From positions 1 to 50,906 of the forward strand of contig CANQUF010000006.1 in assembly GCA_947626975.1 (NCBI GenBank): a DNA stretch of 50,906 bases, read 5' to 3'. Shown one piece after another: positions 11,854-22,113 of this stretch (positions are counted from its first letter, which is position 1; the number at the start of each line of letters is the position of its first letter). The position numbers and the translations under genes are program-made. The notes beneath the pieces were generated by a model that was not told the origin of the DNA, made no database searches, and was given only the letters and a program-made list of their open reading frames with translations. This DNA comes from an uncultured Clostridia bacterium. GTDB taxonomy: Bacteria; Bacillota; Clostridia; TANB77; CAG-465.

Positions 11854-12213
11854 ATGAAATTTTCACTAACAATAAAGAGTAATGTACAATTTAGATATAT
11901 TCTTAAAAATGGAGAATTTGAAAAAGGTAAATGCTTAGTAGTACACATTATGAAAAGTTCACATAATAAAAATAATAACTTTTTTGGAGTATGTGTATCT
12001 AAAAAGAATGGTAATAGTGTTATGCGTAATAAAATGAAAAGGTGGGCAAGGGAAATTTATAAAGATGAAGAAATATTTCTAAAAAAAGGATATCAAATAA
12101 TTATAATATATAAAAAATCTACTTTATTTAAATATTTAACTTATAAAAAAGTTAGAGCAGATATTATTGAATGTTTTAAGAAATTGGATATTTATGAGAA
12201 AAATAATACTTAG
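11854..12213 (+). CDS. rnpA: Ribonuclease P protein component
   Basis: GVCVSKKNGNSVMRNKMKRWARE (RNR motif); AAGGAG RBS before ATG 11854. Confidence 0.93.
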   Translation: MKFSLTIKSNVQFRYILKNGEFEKGKCLVVHIMKSSHNKNNNFFGVCVSKKNGNSVMRNKMKRWAREIYKDEEIFLKKGYQIIIIYKKSTLFKYLTYKKVRADIIECFKKLDIYEKNNT

Positions 12214-12436
12214 AATATCACTTTTTTTAAGAAAAAAGGAAATATTTTTAATATCTTTATATCAAAAATATATTTCTACTAAACTTGGAAATCATTGTAG
12301 ATTTTATCCTAGTTGCTCAGAATATACGAAAAAAGCAGTTGACAAATATGGTATAATCAAAGGGAATATATTAGGTATATATAGAATACTTAGATGTAAT
12401 CCGTTTTCACAAGGTGGAATTGATGATTTAAAATGA
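12194..12436 (+). CDS. yidD: Membrane protein insertion efficiency factor YidD
   Basis: CRFYPSCSEY, RILRCNPFSQGGID. Confidence 0.93.
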   Translation: MRKIILRISLFLRKKEIFLISLYQKYISTKLGNHCRFYPSCSEYTKKAVDKYGIIKGNILGIYRILRCNPFSQGGIDDLK

Positions 12437-12456
12437 AATGGAGGAATTTATAATTT

Positions 12457-13290
12457 ATGATCGCTACTATAGCTAATATTTTTGGGTGGATAATTAGATT
12501 AATATATGGATTAGTAAATAATAATTATTTTCTTTCAATAATTATTTTTACTATACTAACTAAATTAATTTTGTTTCCACTTACTTATATACAGTTAAAA
12601 TCTATGGAAAAAATGAATAGAATTGGACCTAAAGATAAAGCAATAAGAGAGAAATACAAAAATGATAAACAAAAACAGTCTGAAGAACTAATGAAACTCT
12701 ATCAGGAAAATAAAATAAATCCTATGGGAGGATGTCTACCTTTACTTATACAGATTCCAATAATTTTAGGTATGTTTGCTATAGTAAGACAACCTTTAAC
12801 ATATATAACTCAGACTACAAAAGAAGAAATAACTACATATGCTAAAGAAGTATTACAAAAAGAAGATGTATCTGATAGAGAAGCAAGTCAAAATGAGTTA
12901 TTGATAGCTAAAGAAAAAAACTTAATAGATATGAATGTAATAAATGGTATTAATATGGGAGAAATTCCTTCAAATTCGTTTAGTAAAGATGAATCAAAAA
13001 AAGCTAACCCAATTTCATTATCAATACCTATACTTATAGTTATATTATCAATTGTTCAGATTAAAATTTCACAAAATGCAGAATCTATGAGCGAAGAGCA
13101 AAAGGAAATGAGCAAAACAACAAACTTAATGATGCCATTGCTTTCTGGATTTATTGCATATACACAACCACTTGCATTAGGCATATATTGGTTATTTGGT
13201 AATATATTACAAATTATACAACAATTTATAATAAATAAAATAGTAAATAAAGATAAAGAAAAATTAGCCTTAGATAAAGGAGGAAATTAA
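12457..13290 (+). CDS. yidC: YidC/Oxa1 membrane insertase
   Basis: LYQENKINPMGGCLPLLIQIPI, LGIYW. Confidence 0.95.
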   Translation: MIATIANIFGWIIRLIYGLVNNNYFLSIIIFTILTKLILFPLTYIQLKSMEKMNRIGPKDKAIREKYKNDKQKQSEELMKLYQENKINPMGGCLPLLIQIPIILGMFAIVRQPLTYITQTTKEEITTYAKEVLQKEDVSDREASQNELLIAKEKNLIDMNVINGINMGEIPSNSFSKDESKKANPISLSIPILIVILSIVQIKISQNAESMSEEQKEMSKTTNLMMPLLSGFIAYTQPLALGIYWLFGNILQIIQQFIINKIVNKDKEKLALDKGGN

Positions 13291-13291
13291 T

Positions 13292-13948
13292 ATGAAAAGA
13301 ACAACTGAACAAATTGGAAAAACTACAGAAGAAGCAATTAGAAAAGGTCTTGAAGAATTAAAAATATCTAGAGATGATGTTAAAATTGAAGTTTTAGAAG
13401 AACCATCTTCTGGTGGAATTTTAGGAATTCTATCAGCTAAAATGGCAAAAGTAAGACTTACGGTAGATAAGAAGATAAGTGAAGAAAATTTACAAAAAAC
13501 TAAATTAAAGTTAGAAGAAATATTAAAAGAGTTTTTCAATATAACTAATGAAAATAATGTTAAATATGATATAGAAATTGGAAGAAATCAAATTAATTTA
13601 AATATTACTGGTGATAAAGTTTCTCATCTTATTGGATATAAGGGAAAAACTATTGAATCTTTTCAATCTATATTAAATTCAATGTTACAAAGAGAAGATG
13701 AAGAATATGCTAAAGTTTTTGTAGAAGTGAATGGATATAAGAAACAAAAAGAAGAAAAATTAAAAAGACTTGCTAATAAAATGGCTGATAATGTAATTAA
13801 ATTTAGAAAACCAATTAAATTAGAGCCAATGTCTGCTTATGAAAGATTAATAATTCATACAGAACTTGCAAATAGAAGTAATATTGAAACTATATCTCAA
13901 GGTGAAGAACCAAGAAGAAGAGTAATAATTAGAAAAAAATACAATTAA
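13292..13948 (+). CDS. jag: Jag/EloR (KhpB) RNA-binding protein
   Basis: Jag_N (GKTTEEAI), KH (LIGYKGKT), R3H (ERLIIH), GEEPRR. Confidence 0.93.
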   Translation: MKRTTEQIGKTTEEAIRKGLEELKISRDDVKIEVLEEPSSGGILGILSAKMAKVRLTVDKKISEENLQKTKLKLEEILKEFFNITNENNVKYDIEIGRNQINLNITGDKVSHLIGYKGKTIESFQSILNSMLQREDEEYAKVFVEVNGYKKQKEEKLKRLANKMADNVIKFRKPIKLEPMSAYERLIIHTELANRSNIETISQGEEPRRRVIIRKKYN

Positions 13949-14090
13949 ATTGATAATTATGTAACAAGAGCTTTTATTAAATATATTTAAAAATAAAAGT
14001 TATTGATAATAAAAGAATTAAATAATAAAAAAATTAAGATACTAGAAAGTATGCTTAATATGAAACTATTAATAAAGAAAATAATTAATT

Positions 14091-14115
14091 AAAAGTCAGC
14101 TATAAGCTGACTTTT
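14091..14115. terminator. Hairpin before mnmE
   Basis: AAAAGTCAGC-TATAA-GCTGACTTTT. Confidence 0.7.
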
Positions 14116-14137
14116 AAAAAAGAAAGGAAATAAGTTT

Positions 14138-15514
14138 ATGTCAACAAGTACTATTGCTGCCATTGGTACAGCATTATCTAATAGTGGTATAAGTATTATT
14201 AGAATTAGTGGTGATGAAAGTTTAAATATTATTAATAAAATATTTAGAACAAATAAAGATATAAAGCCTAATAATATCGTATTTGGTAAAATTGTAAATA
14301 ATGATAAAGTATTAGATAATGTTTTAGTATCATATTTTAAAAATCCAAGTTCATATACAGGAGAAGATGTTTGCGAAATAAATTGTCATGGTGGAGTAGA
14401 AATAACAAAACAAATATTAGAATTAGTTTTAGAAAATGGTGCTAGAATTGCAGAACCTGGAGAATTTTCTAAAAGAGCTTTTTTAAACGGAAAAATGGAT
14501 TTAGTGCAAGCAGAATCTGTTATAGATTTAATTAATTCAAAAACTAGAACAGAGTCTAGAATAGCTATAAATAATTTGGAAGGAAATTTATCTAAGAAAA
14601 TATCTATTTTAAGGGAAGAATTAATTGAATTATTAGCACATATTGAAGTAAGTATTGATTATCCTGAATATGACTATGAAGAAGTAGAAAATGATAATGT
14701 TATAAAAATCTTAAATGAAAAGATTGAACAATTAAATAAAATAATTAATACATATGAACAAGGAAGAATTATTCAAAATGGAATAAATGTAGTTATACTT
14801 GGTAAACCAAATGTTGGAAAATCTTCATTACTTAATAAACTTGCTGATTATGAAAAAGCTATTGTTACAGATATTCCGGGAACTACACGTGATGTTATTG
14901 AAGAAAAAATTAATATTGGAAATGTTGTTTTAAATATATCAGATACTGCAGGAATTAGAAATACTGAAGATGTTGTGGAAAAAATAGGTGTACAGAGAAG
15001 TATAAAAAAAATTGATGAGGCAGATTTGATTATATATATTTTAAGTGCAACTGAAAATATAACAGATGAAGATTTAAAAATTCTCTCTAAAATTAAAAAT
15101 AAGAAAATAAAATTAATTACTTTGATAAATAAGATGGATAAGAAAGAAAAATTGATTTTTGATACAATTATGGATAAATTAAAGGAAATTAATATAGAAA
15201 ATGTTTTAGAGGTGTCAGTTGAAAATAATTTCGGTATTGAAAATTTAAAATTAAAGATTGAAGAAATTTTTAATACTAGTGATTTAGATTTTGAACATCA
15301 ATTTATAATAACTAATTCTAGACATAAAGATTTATTAAAAAAAGCTGTTGTATTATTGGATGAGGCAAAAAAACAAATATATAATGGTCAACCCATTGAT
15401 ATAGTATATATACAAATAAAAGATGCAAGTGATAATCTTGGTAAGATAATAGGTAAAAATATTTCAAGTGACATAATTAATAAAATTTTTGAAAAGTTTT
15501 GTTTAGGAAAATAG
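14138..15514 (+). CDS. mnmE: tRNA modification GTPase MnmE
   Basis: [33 protein letters not shown]. Confidence 0.97.
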   Translation: MSTSTIAAIGTALSNSGISIIRISGDESLNIINKIFRTNKDIKPNNIVFGKIVNNDKVLDNVLVSYFKNPSSYTGEDVCEINCHGGVEITKQILELVLENGARIAEPGEFSKRAFLNGKMDLVQAESVIDLINSKTRTESRIAINNLEGNLSKKISILREELIELLAHIEVSIDYPEYDYEEVENDNVIKILNEKIEQLNKIINTYEQGRIIQNGINVVILGKPNVGKSSLLNKLADYEKAIVTDIPGTTRDVIEEKINIGNVVLNISDTAGIRNTEDVVEKIGVQRSIKKIDEADLIIYILSATENITDEDLKILSKIKNKKIKLITLINKMDKKEKLIFDTIMDKLKEINIENVLEVSVENNFGIENLKLKIEEIFNTSDLDFEHQFIITNSRHKDLLKKAVVLLDEAKKQIYNGQPIDIVYIQIKDASDNLGKIIGKNISSDIINKIFEKFCLGK

Positions 15515-15525
15515 GAAGTGATAAA

Positions 15526-17415
15526 ATGAGTTATACATTAGGAGAATATGATGTTATTGTAATAGGTGCAGGGCATGCGGGTTGTGAGGCTGCACTTGCT
15601 AGCGCAAGGCTTGGCAAAAAAACTGCAATTTTTGTTATTAATATGGAAACTGTTGCTAATATGCCATGTAATCCTAGTATAGGAGGAACTTCTAAAGGTC
15701 ATTTAGTAAGAGAAATTGATGCTTTAGGTGGTGAAATGGCTAAAAATGCAGATAAAACATTTATCCAATCAAAAATGCTTAATTTGTCTAAAGGTCCAGC
15801 TGTTCATTCATTAAGAGTACAATCTGATAGAAAAATGTATCATATTGAAATGAAAAAAACATTAGAAAATCAGAAAAATTTGGATTTATATCAAGCTGAA
15901 GTTGTTGAAATTTTATTAAATGACCAAAAGAATAAGGTTATAGGTGTAAAGACAAAAATAGGTGCTTTAGTTACTGCTAAGTCAATTATTGTTGCAACTG
16001 GAACATATCTTAAAGGAAAAGTTATTATTGGTGAAATTTCATATGAAAGTGGACCAGATGGAGTGTTTCCAGCTAATGATTTATCACAAAGTTTATTAGA
16101 TATTGGTGTAGAACTTAGAAGATTTAAAACAGGTACACCTGCAAGGATAAATGCTAATATAATGGACTTTAGTAAAATGGAAGTGCAGTATGGTGATAAG
16201 AACATTGTACCTTTTTCTTTTGAAAATGAAGAAAATGAAGAAATTTTAAATAAAAAGCAAGTAAATTGCTATCTTACATATACTAATGAGAAGACTCATG
16301 AAATTATACTTAATAATTTAGATAGATCTCCAATTTATAGTGGAAAAATTCATGGTATTGGACCAAGATATTGCCCTTCTATAGAAGATAAGGTCGTTAG
16401 ATTTAGAGATAAAGAAAGACACCAGTTATTTATAGAGCCACTTGGGGAAAAAACTTCTGAAATGTATATACAAGGTATGTCGTCTTCACTTCCAGAAGAA
16501 GTACAAATACAAATGTACAGGACTGTTCCGGGACTTGAAAATGCAAAGTTAATGAGACCTGCATATGCAATTGAATATGATTGTATAGATTCTACTAATT
16601 TAAATTTAAGTTTAGAATATAAAGGAATATCTGGATTATTTTTTGCAGGTCAAGTTAATGGTAGTTCTGGTTATGAAGAGGCAGCAGCTCAAGGTTTAAT
16701 TGCGGGTATTAATGCTTCAAGAAAAATTGATAATCTTGAACCAATTATCTTAGATAGATCACAAGCATATATAGGTGTTTTAATTGATGATTTGGTAACT
16801 AAAGGTACTAATGAACCATATAGAATGATGACGTCACGTTCTGAATATAGGCTTATGCTAAGGCAGGATAATGCTGATTTGAGACTTACACCTATAGGAT
16901 ATGATATTGGACTTATATCTAGTGAAAGATATAGTAAGTTTTTAGATAAAAAAAATAAAATTGATTTAGAAATTGAAAGAATAAAAAATACTTCTATTAA
17001 ACCATCTATAGAAGTTAATAGTTTGCTAAAAAAATTAAATAGTTCTGAATTAAATACTGGAGTAAAGTTAAGTGATTTATTAAAAAGGAGTGAATTAAAT
17101 TATAATAATTTGGAAGGTATAGATATTGATAGAAAAAAATTGCCTAGATCAGTTGTTGAAGAAGTAGAAATTGAAATTAAATATGAAGGATATATAAAAT
17201 TACAATTAGAACAGATAAATGAATTTAAAAAGATGGAAAATAAAAAATTATCTTCTGATATAGATTATGAGACTATTAAAGGATTGTCTTTAGAAGCAAG
17301 GCAAAAATTGAATAAATATAAGCCTTTGTCTGTAGGACAAGCTTCTAGAATTTCAGGAGTTTCTCCAGCTGATATTTCTGTATTACTAATCTATTTATCT
17401 CAGAATAAAAAATAA
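15526..17415 (+). CDS. mnmG: tRNA uridine modification enzyme MnmG (GidA)
   Basis: [37 protein letters not shown]. Confidence 0.98.
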   Translation: MSYTLGEYDVIVIGAGHAGCEAALASARLGKKTAIFVINMETVANMPCNPSIGGTSKGHLVREIDALGGEMAKNADKTFIQSKMLNLSKGPAVHSLRVQSDRKMYHIEMKKTLENQKNLDLYQAEVVEILLNDQKNKVIGVKTKIGALVTAKSIIVATGTYLKGKVIIGEISYESGPDGVFPANDLSQSLLDIGVELRRFKTGTPARINANIMDFSKMEVQYGDKNIVPFSFENEENEEILNKKQVNCYLTYTNEKTHEIILNNLDRSPIYSGKIHGIGPRYCPSIEDKVVRFRDKERHQLFIEPLGEKTSEMYIQGMSSSLPEEVQIQMYRTVPGLENAKLMRPAYAIEYDCIDSTNLNLSLEYKGISGLFFAGQVNGSSGYEEAAAQGLIAGINASRKIDNLEPIILDRSQAYIGVLIDDLVTKGTNEPYRMMTSRSEYRLMLRQDNADLRLTPIGYDIGLISSERYSKFLDKKNKIDLEIERIKNTSIKPSIEVNSLLKKLNSSELNTGVKLSDLLKRSELNYNNLEGIDIDRKKLPRSVVEEVEIEIKYEGYIKLQLEQINEFKKMENKKLSSDIDYETIKGLSLEARQKLNKYKPLSVGQASRISGVSPADISVLLIYLSQNKK

Positions 17416-17431
17416 TATTTCATGTGAAATA
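17416..17431. promoter_or_regulatory. Degenerate parS centromere-like site
   Basis: TATTTCATGTGAAATA vs consensus TGTTTCACGTGAAACA, near-palindromic, between mnmG and rsmG close to parAB. Confidence 0.7.
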
Positions 17432-17445
17432 TTTTTCAAGGAGGA

Positions 17446-18177
17446 TTGAGTATTTTGAATAAATCATTTAAAGAAACACTTTTTTTAGAAGCTAAAAATC
17501 AAAAAATATTATTAGATGATGATATGTTAGATAAATTTGAAAAATATAAAGATTTATTAATAGAATGGAATAATAAAATTAATTTAACTGCAATAACAGA
17601 TGAATATGAAATAATAATGAAGCATTTTATTGATTGTCTTGAAATTGTAAAATATATATCAGAAGGTGAGAGTTTAGTAGATGTTGGAACTGGTGCTGGA
17701 TTTCCTGGAATAGTAATTGCTATATATTTCAAAAATAATGTAAAAATTACTTTGATTGATTCAATAAATAAAAGAATAGAATTTCTAAATGACGTTATAG
17801 AAAACTTAAAACTTAATAATGTAGTAGTAATTAATGGAAGGGCAGAAGAATTATCTAAAAAAATAGATTTTAGAGAAAAATTTGATATTTGCACTTCAAG
17901 AGCAGTAGCACCATTAAATATTTTGTTAGAATTCGATGTTCCATATATAAAAGTAGGAGGAAAATGCTTATTACTTAAAAGTAATAATATAGATGAAATA
18001 AAAAATGCTGATTTAGCAATAAAAAAATTAAATTGTAAACTTAAAGATATATATAGTTATAAATATGAAATTAAAGGAGAAGTATATAATAGATATATAG
18101 TAAATATACAAAAGTGTAAAAATATTGATATAAAATACCCAAGAATTTATAGTAAAATTAAAAAAAATCCTTTATAA
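17446..18177 (+). CDS. rsmG: 16S rRNA m7G527 methyltransferase RsmG
   Basis: NLTAI, KHFIDC, DVGTGAGFPG, RAEE, SRAVA; TTG start. Confidence 0.96.
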   Translation: MSILNKSFKETLFLEAKNQKILLDDDMLDKFEKYKDLLIEWNNKINLTAITDEYEIIMKHFIDCLEIVKYISEGESLVDVGTGAGFPGIVIAIYFKNNVKITLIDSINKRIEFLNDVIENLKLNNVVVINGRAEELSKKIDFREKFDICTSRAVAPLNILLEFDVPYIKVGGKCLLLKSNNIDEIKNADLAIKKLNCKLKDIYSYKYEIKGEVYNRYIVNIQKCKNIDIKYPRIYSKIKKNPL

Positions 18178-18290
18178 ATTAAAAAATCATTTTATAATTA
18201 ATATAAAATAATATATATAAAAAAGAGAAAATTAATTTTTACTCTTTTTTTTTTGTAAAAATTATTGTATAATAAACGTGAGGTGAAATT

Positions 18291-19058
18291 ATGGCAAAAA
18301 TAATATCAATTGCAAATCAAAAAGGTGGAGTAGGAAAGACTACTACCGCAGTAAACTTAAGTGCATGCATTGCTCAAAAAGGAAAAAAAGTATTATTAAT
18401 AGATATAGATCCACAAGGTAGTGCAACTAGCGGACTTGGAATTTCAAATTCAAATTTAAAATCTATATACAATGTTTTAGTGGATGAGGAAAAAATCGAA
18501 GATATTATTTTACCTACAATGATAAAGAAATTAGATGTGTGTCCATCAAATATAAATCTTGCAGGAGCAGAAATTGAACTTGTTTCAATGGTTTCTAGAG
18601 AAACAAGACTTAAAAATTCAATTGAAGAAATTAAAGATTTATATGATTATATATTTATAGATTGTCCACCATCATTAGGACTTATAACTCTTAATGCTTT
18701 TACTGCCTCTGATAGTGTGCTTGTACCAATACAATGTGAATATTATGCTTTAGAAGGTTTAGGCCAACTTGTAAATACAATAAAATTAGTTCAAAAACAT
18801 CTTAACAAAGAACTTGTTGTAGAAGGAGTTGTTCTTACAATGTTTGATGTAAGAACAAATTTATCAACACAAGTAGCAGAAGAAGTAGAAAAATATTTTG
18901 GAAATCAAGTTTTTCAAACAGTAATACCTAGAAACATACGTTTAAGTGAAGCGCCAAGTCACGGACTTCCTATAACATTATATGATTCTAATTCAAAAGG
19001 TGCTGAAACATATAAAAATCTTGCAAAAGAATTGCTTAAATTGAATGAACAAAAATAG
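18291..19058 (+). CDS. parA: Chromosome partitioning ATPase ParA/Soj
   Basis: NQKGGVGKTTT, DIDPQG, DCPPSLG, EAPSHG. Confidence 0.97.
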   Translation: MAKIISIANQKGGVGKTTTAVNLSACIAQKGKKVLLIDIDPQGSATSGLGISNSNLKSIYNVLVDEEKIEDIILPTMIKKLDVCPSNINLAGAEIELVSMVSRETRLKNSIEEIKDLYDYIFIDCPPSLGLITLNAFTASDSVLVPIQCEYYALEGLGQLVNTIKLVQKHLNKELVVEGVVLTMFDVRTNLSTQVAEEVEKYFGNQVFQTVIPRNIRLSEAPSHGLPITLYDSNSKGAETYKNLAKELLKLNEQK

Positions 19059-19069
19059 AAAGGAGAATA

Positions 19070-19957
19070 TTGATGTCAAAAGAAAAAAAAGGATTAGGTA
19101 AGGGATTAAATGCTTTTTTTGGTGATGATACACAATCTTTAGATAATATAATCAAATCGCCTAAAAATAAAGAACTAGACAAGGTAGTAGAGCTTAATAT
19201 AACTGAAGTTGAACCAATGTTAAATCAACCAAGAAAATTATTTGATAAAGAAAAATTAGAAGAACTTTCTAATTCTATTAAGGAAAATGGTGTATTACAA
19301 CCAATTTTAGTTGTAAAAGACTTAAATGGATATACAATCGTTGCAGGTGAGAGAAGATGGAGAGCTGCAAAACTTGCAGGACTAAAAAATATTCCGGCAA
19401 TAATAAAAGATTATACTGATACTCAAAAAAAACAAGTTGCATTAATAGAAAATATTCAAAGAGAAGATTTAAATATAGTAGAAGTTGCAAAAGCAATAAA
19501 AGAACTTATGGATATAGATGGATACTCTCAGGGCGATGTTGCGAAAATAACTGGAAAAAATGCGTCTACTATATCTAATATTATAAGATTACTAAAATTA
19601 CCTGAAAAAGTACAAGAATATTTATTGGAAGGAAAATTAGTTGAAGGACAGGCTAGAGCTTTACTTGCACTAGATAGTAAAAAAAGACAATTAGAAATTG
19701 CTCAAAAAGCTGTAGAGAAAAATTTAACTGTTCGTGATGTTGAAAAATTAGTTTATGGTGGCGAAGAATATATAAGAAAACCAGAAAAAAAAGAACCAAA
19801 AGCTGTATTTTATACAAATATTGAAAATAAATTAAAGGATTATTTTGGATATAAAGTAAAATTAGATTATACAAAATCACATCAAAAACTTATAATAGAA
19901 TACAATGATAAAGAAGGCTTAGAAGATATATTAAATAAATTTAATATTGAACTATAA
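19070..19957 (+). CDS. parB: Chromosome partitioning protein ParB/Spo0J
   Basis: GLGKGL, QPRKLFD, AGERRWRA, ENIQREDLN. Confidence 0.97.
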   Translation: MMSKEKKGLGKGLNAFFGDDTQSLDNIIKSPKNKELDKVVELNITEVEPMLNQPRKLFDKEKLEELSNSIKENGVLQPILVVKDLNGYTIVAGERRWRAAKLAGLKNIPAIIKDYTDTQKKQVALIENIQREDLNIVEVAKAIKELMDIDGYSQGDVAKITGKNASTISNIIRLLKLPEKVQEYLLEGKLVEGQARALLALDSKKRQLEIAQKAVEKNLTVRDVEKLVYGGEEYIRKPEKKEPKAVFYTNIENKLKDYFGYKVKLDYTKSHQKLIIEYNDKEGLEDILNKFNIEL

Positions 19958-20052
19958 GAAAATAAATTAAGAACTTGACATATTTAATAAATTGATATAT
20001 TATAAATTTATAGATTAATAAATACAAATTTAATTAAAGGAGTAATGTAATT

Positions 20053-20607
20053 ATGTTGGTTTATTGTAAGAAATGTTCAAATTTGTTAGACAATGTAACA
20101 CATATGGATTTAACAAAAATAGATATATGTATTTGTGAAAAATGTGGATATCGGAATAAAATTTTAGATATATCATATAAAAATGATATATCTGCTCCAC
20201 TATCAAATTTATTTCCACATAAATTTGAAATTGATGGAATAGTATGTCAATCAATGGAAAGTTTTATACAGTCATTAAGAGTAAAAGATAAGAATATTCA
20301 ACGACAAATATGCGAGAAATATTCAGGATATATGGCGTATAAAATGAGGTTATCACTAAGTGATTGGAGAATAGATGGATTTGTATATTGGCAAGGTGAA
20401 AAAATAGATAGGAATAGTAAAAAATATACTGATTTAATTTCAAGGGCTTATGATTGTTTGTTTGAAAATGATGTTTTCAGATATTGCCTTAATAAATATA
20501 AAGATCATAAATTAATTCATAGTATTGGAAATATTTTTAAAAGCGAAAGTCTTTTAACTGAGTTTGAATATATAGAACAGCTTGAAAGATTAATAGAAAA
20601 ATTGTAA
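20053..20607 (+). CDS. Phage gp30.3-type NADAR-family protein with N-terminal Zn ribbon
   Basis: LSNLFPHKFEIDG...SMESFIQS...YWQGEKIDRNS...RAYD...HSIG...LTEFEY...LERL resembles T4 gp30.3; N-terminal CKKC...CEKC; own TTGACA promoter at 19975. Confidence 0.72.
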   Translation: MLVYCKKCSNLLDNVTHMDLTKIDICICEKCGYRNKILDISYKNDISAPLSNLFPHKFEIDGIVCQSMESFIQSLRVKDKNIQRQICEKYSGYMAYKMRLSLSDWRIDGFVYWQGEKIDRNSKKYTDLISRAYDCLFENDVFRYCLNKYKDHKLIHSIGNIFKSESLLTEFEYIEQLERLIEKL

Positions 20608-20612
20608 CTATT

Positions 20613-20644
20613 AAGTGGAAATTAAAAATTAATTTCCACTTTTT
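20613..20644 (+). terminator. Intrinsic terminator
   Basis: AAGTGGAAATTA...TAATTTCCACTTTTT. Confidence 0.8.
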
Positions 20645-20710
20645 ATATTAAAAATTCAAAAATCTATTGACAAATAATAAAAAACTGATATAATTATTAA
20701 TGTAGCAATT

Positions 20711-20799
20711 GGAAGAGTGTCCGAGTGGTTTAAGGAGCCAGTCTTGAAAACTGGTGATGTCGAAAGGCACCGTGGGTTCGAATCCTACCTCTTCCGCCA
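20711..20799 (+). tRNA. tRNA-Ser (TGA)
   Basis: Cloverleaf with long variable arm, loop CT-TGA-AA, GTTCGAATC, CCA; TTGACA/TATAAT promoter upstream. Confidence 0.97.
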
Positions 20800-20874
20800 T
20801 ATTTATTTATAAAGAATTATGAAACTTATATTTAAAGTATTATAATTCTATTTTTAAATATATAAAATGTTTTT

Positions 20875-20964
20875 GGAGACGTACCCAAGTGGTGAAGGGG
20901 GCAGTTTGCTAAACTGCTAGAGTCCGTAAGGGCTGCGGAGGTTCGAACCCTCTCGTCTCCGCCA
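20875..20964 (+). tRNA. tRNA-Ser (GCT)
   Basis: GGAGACG acceptor stem, loop TT-GCT-AA, long variable arm, CCA. Confidence 0.97.
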
Positions 20965-20979
20965 AAAAAGGAGCAAAAA

Positions 20980-21264
20980 ATGAATTTGTTTAATAAATTT
21001 CCGTTTAAGGATAAACCAAATACAGCAGCTTTTACATGTACTCATATAATTAATAAAGAGAAACCTATTCTTTTTGTTAGTCATGATGATGATGATGGAT
21101 CTTGGCAATTTTTATGTGGTAATGATCATACTAATGAAGAAATAAGAATAGTTTCATTAGGTACAATATATGAGATAGATAAATCAGTAAAAAAGATTGC
21201 AAATTTAGACTATGGTAAAACTGCTTATAGAAATGATGAAAATAGTAAATGGATTATAGAGTAA
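20980..21264 (+). CDS. DUF2185/Imm33-like small protein
   Basis: PILFVSHD-DDGSWQFLCG...IVSL..IYEIDKSV..IANL..G..AYR....KW pattern. Confidence 0.6.
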   Translation: MNLFNKFPFKDKPNTAAFTCTHIINKEKPILFVSHDDDDGSWQFLCGNDHTNEEIRIVSLGTIYEIDKSVKKIANLDYGKTAYRNDENSKWIIE

Positions 21265-21349
21265 TTTGTCATCATTAGTAATTGTAAATATTTTAAAATT
21301 AATGAGCTTTGTATTGAAGAATCAAAAGTATTTTTTTTATGAAACATAA

Positions 21350-21391
21350 AGATAGAGTTTGAGTAATTTTACTCAGACTCTATCTGTTTTT
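21350..21391 (+). terminator. Intrinsic terminator
   Basis: AGATAGAGTTTGAGTAA...TTACTCAGACTCTATCT followed by T's. Confidence 0.8.
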
Positions 21392-21749
21392 AAATTTATT
21401 TTGCAATTTTATATTTTTTTAATATATATTAATATCTATATAAAATATTTTTAAAAATCAAAATAAATTTTTCATATTATATGTAAGGTGACATATAAAA
21501 AAAAATCACATACTATATAATAGTGAAATAATTTTTAATATCAGGATATATGATGTAAAGTATAAAGGAAATTTTAACTAAATTTATAGCAACTTTTATA
21601 CTTACTATCACACCTATAATAAAACTAAACACTAAAATAATTAAACGTTAAAACTAATAGTGAGTATAGAAATGTAGTAGAAATTAAACATGTGATTTAA
21701 AGATTATAATAAAAAATAAAAATTGTTAAATTAAAGGAGAAAAAATAAT

Positions 21750-21944
21750 ATGTTAGAAAAAATAAAAAAATTAATAGATGTAAAATCTATTATTACCTTA
21801 TCATTGACCCTTGTTTATTGTGTGATGACATTAAAAGGTCAAATGCAAAATGAATTTTTAACAATATATACTACAATAATTGCATTCTATTTTGGCACAC
21901 AATATCAAAAAAATACAAATATGGAGTATAAAAAATCAGAATAA
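21750..21944 (+). CDS. Small two-TM holin-like protein
   Basis: KLIDVKSIITL...FLTIYTTIIAFYFGTQ; AAAGGAG RBS. Confidence 0.65.
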   Translation: MLEKIKKLIDVKSIITLSLTLVYCVMTLKGQMQNEFLTIYTTIIAFYFGTQYQKNTNMEYKKSE

Positions 21945-21951
21945 AAAAAGA

Positions 21952-21989
21952 TATAAAGGCATTTTAGAATAATCAAAAATGCCTTTATA
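21952..21989. terminator. Bidirectional terminator
   Basis: TATAAAGGCATTTT...AAAATGCCTTTATA. Confidence 0.75.
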
Positions 21990-22113
21990 AAAAATTTAAA
22001 TTTTTATTTTCTAAATGGTTTATTACTTCATTAAATTTAGTTTTAACTTCATTTGAATCTATTACATTTTTTATATATTTAGTAATATTTCATTTTCTAC
22101 ATTTATTTTTATA

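Noticed and set aside
13949-14090. Decayed small gene between jag and mnmE
   Set aside because: Coding-like purine bias, but no convincing frame or recognisable family.
20917-21108. 63-aa minus-strand ORF
   Set aside because: Antisense to tRNA-Ser and to the Imm33-like gene.
21500-21700. 6S RNA
   Set aside because: There is some long-range pairing, but I could not build the continuous rod with a central bubble; it needs cmsearch.
21750-21944. Prophage
   Set aside because: A single holin-like gene with no other phage genes.
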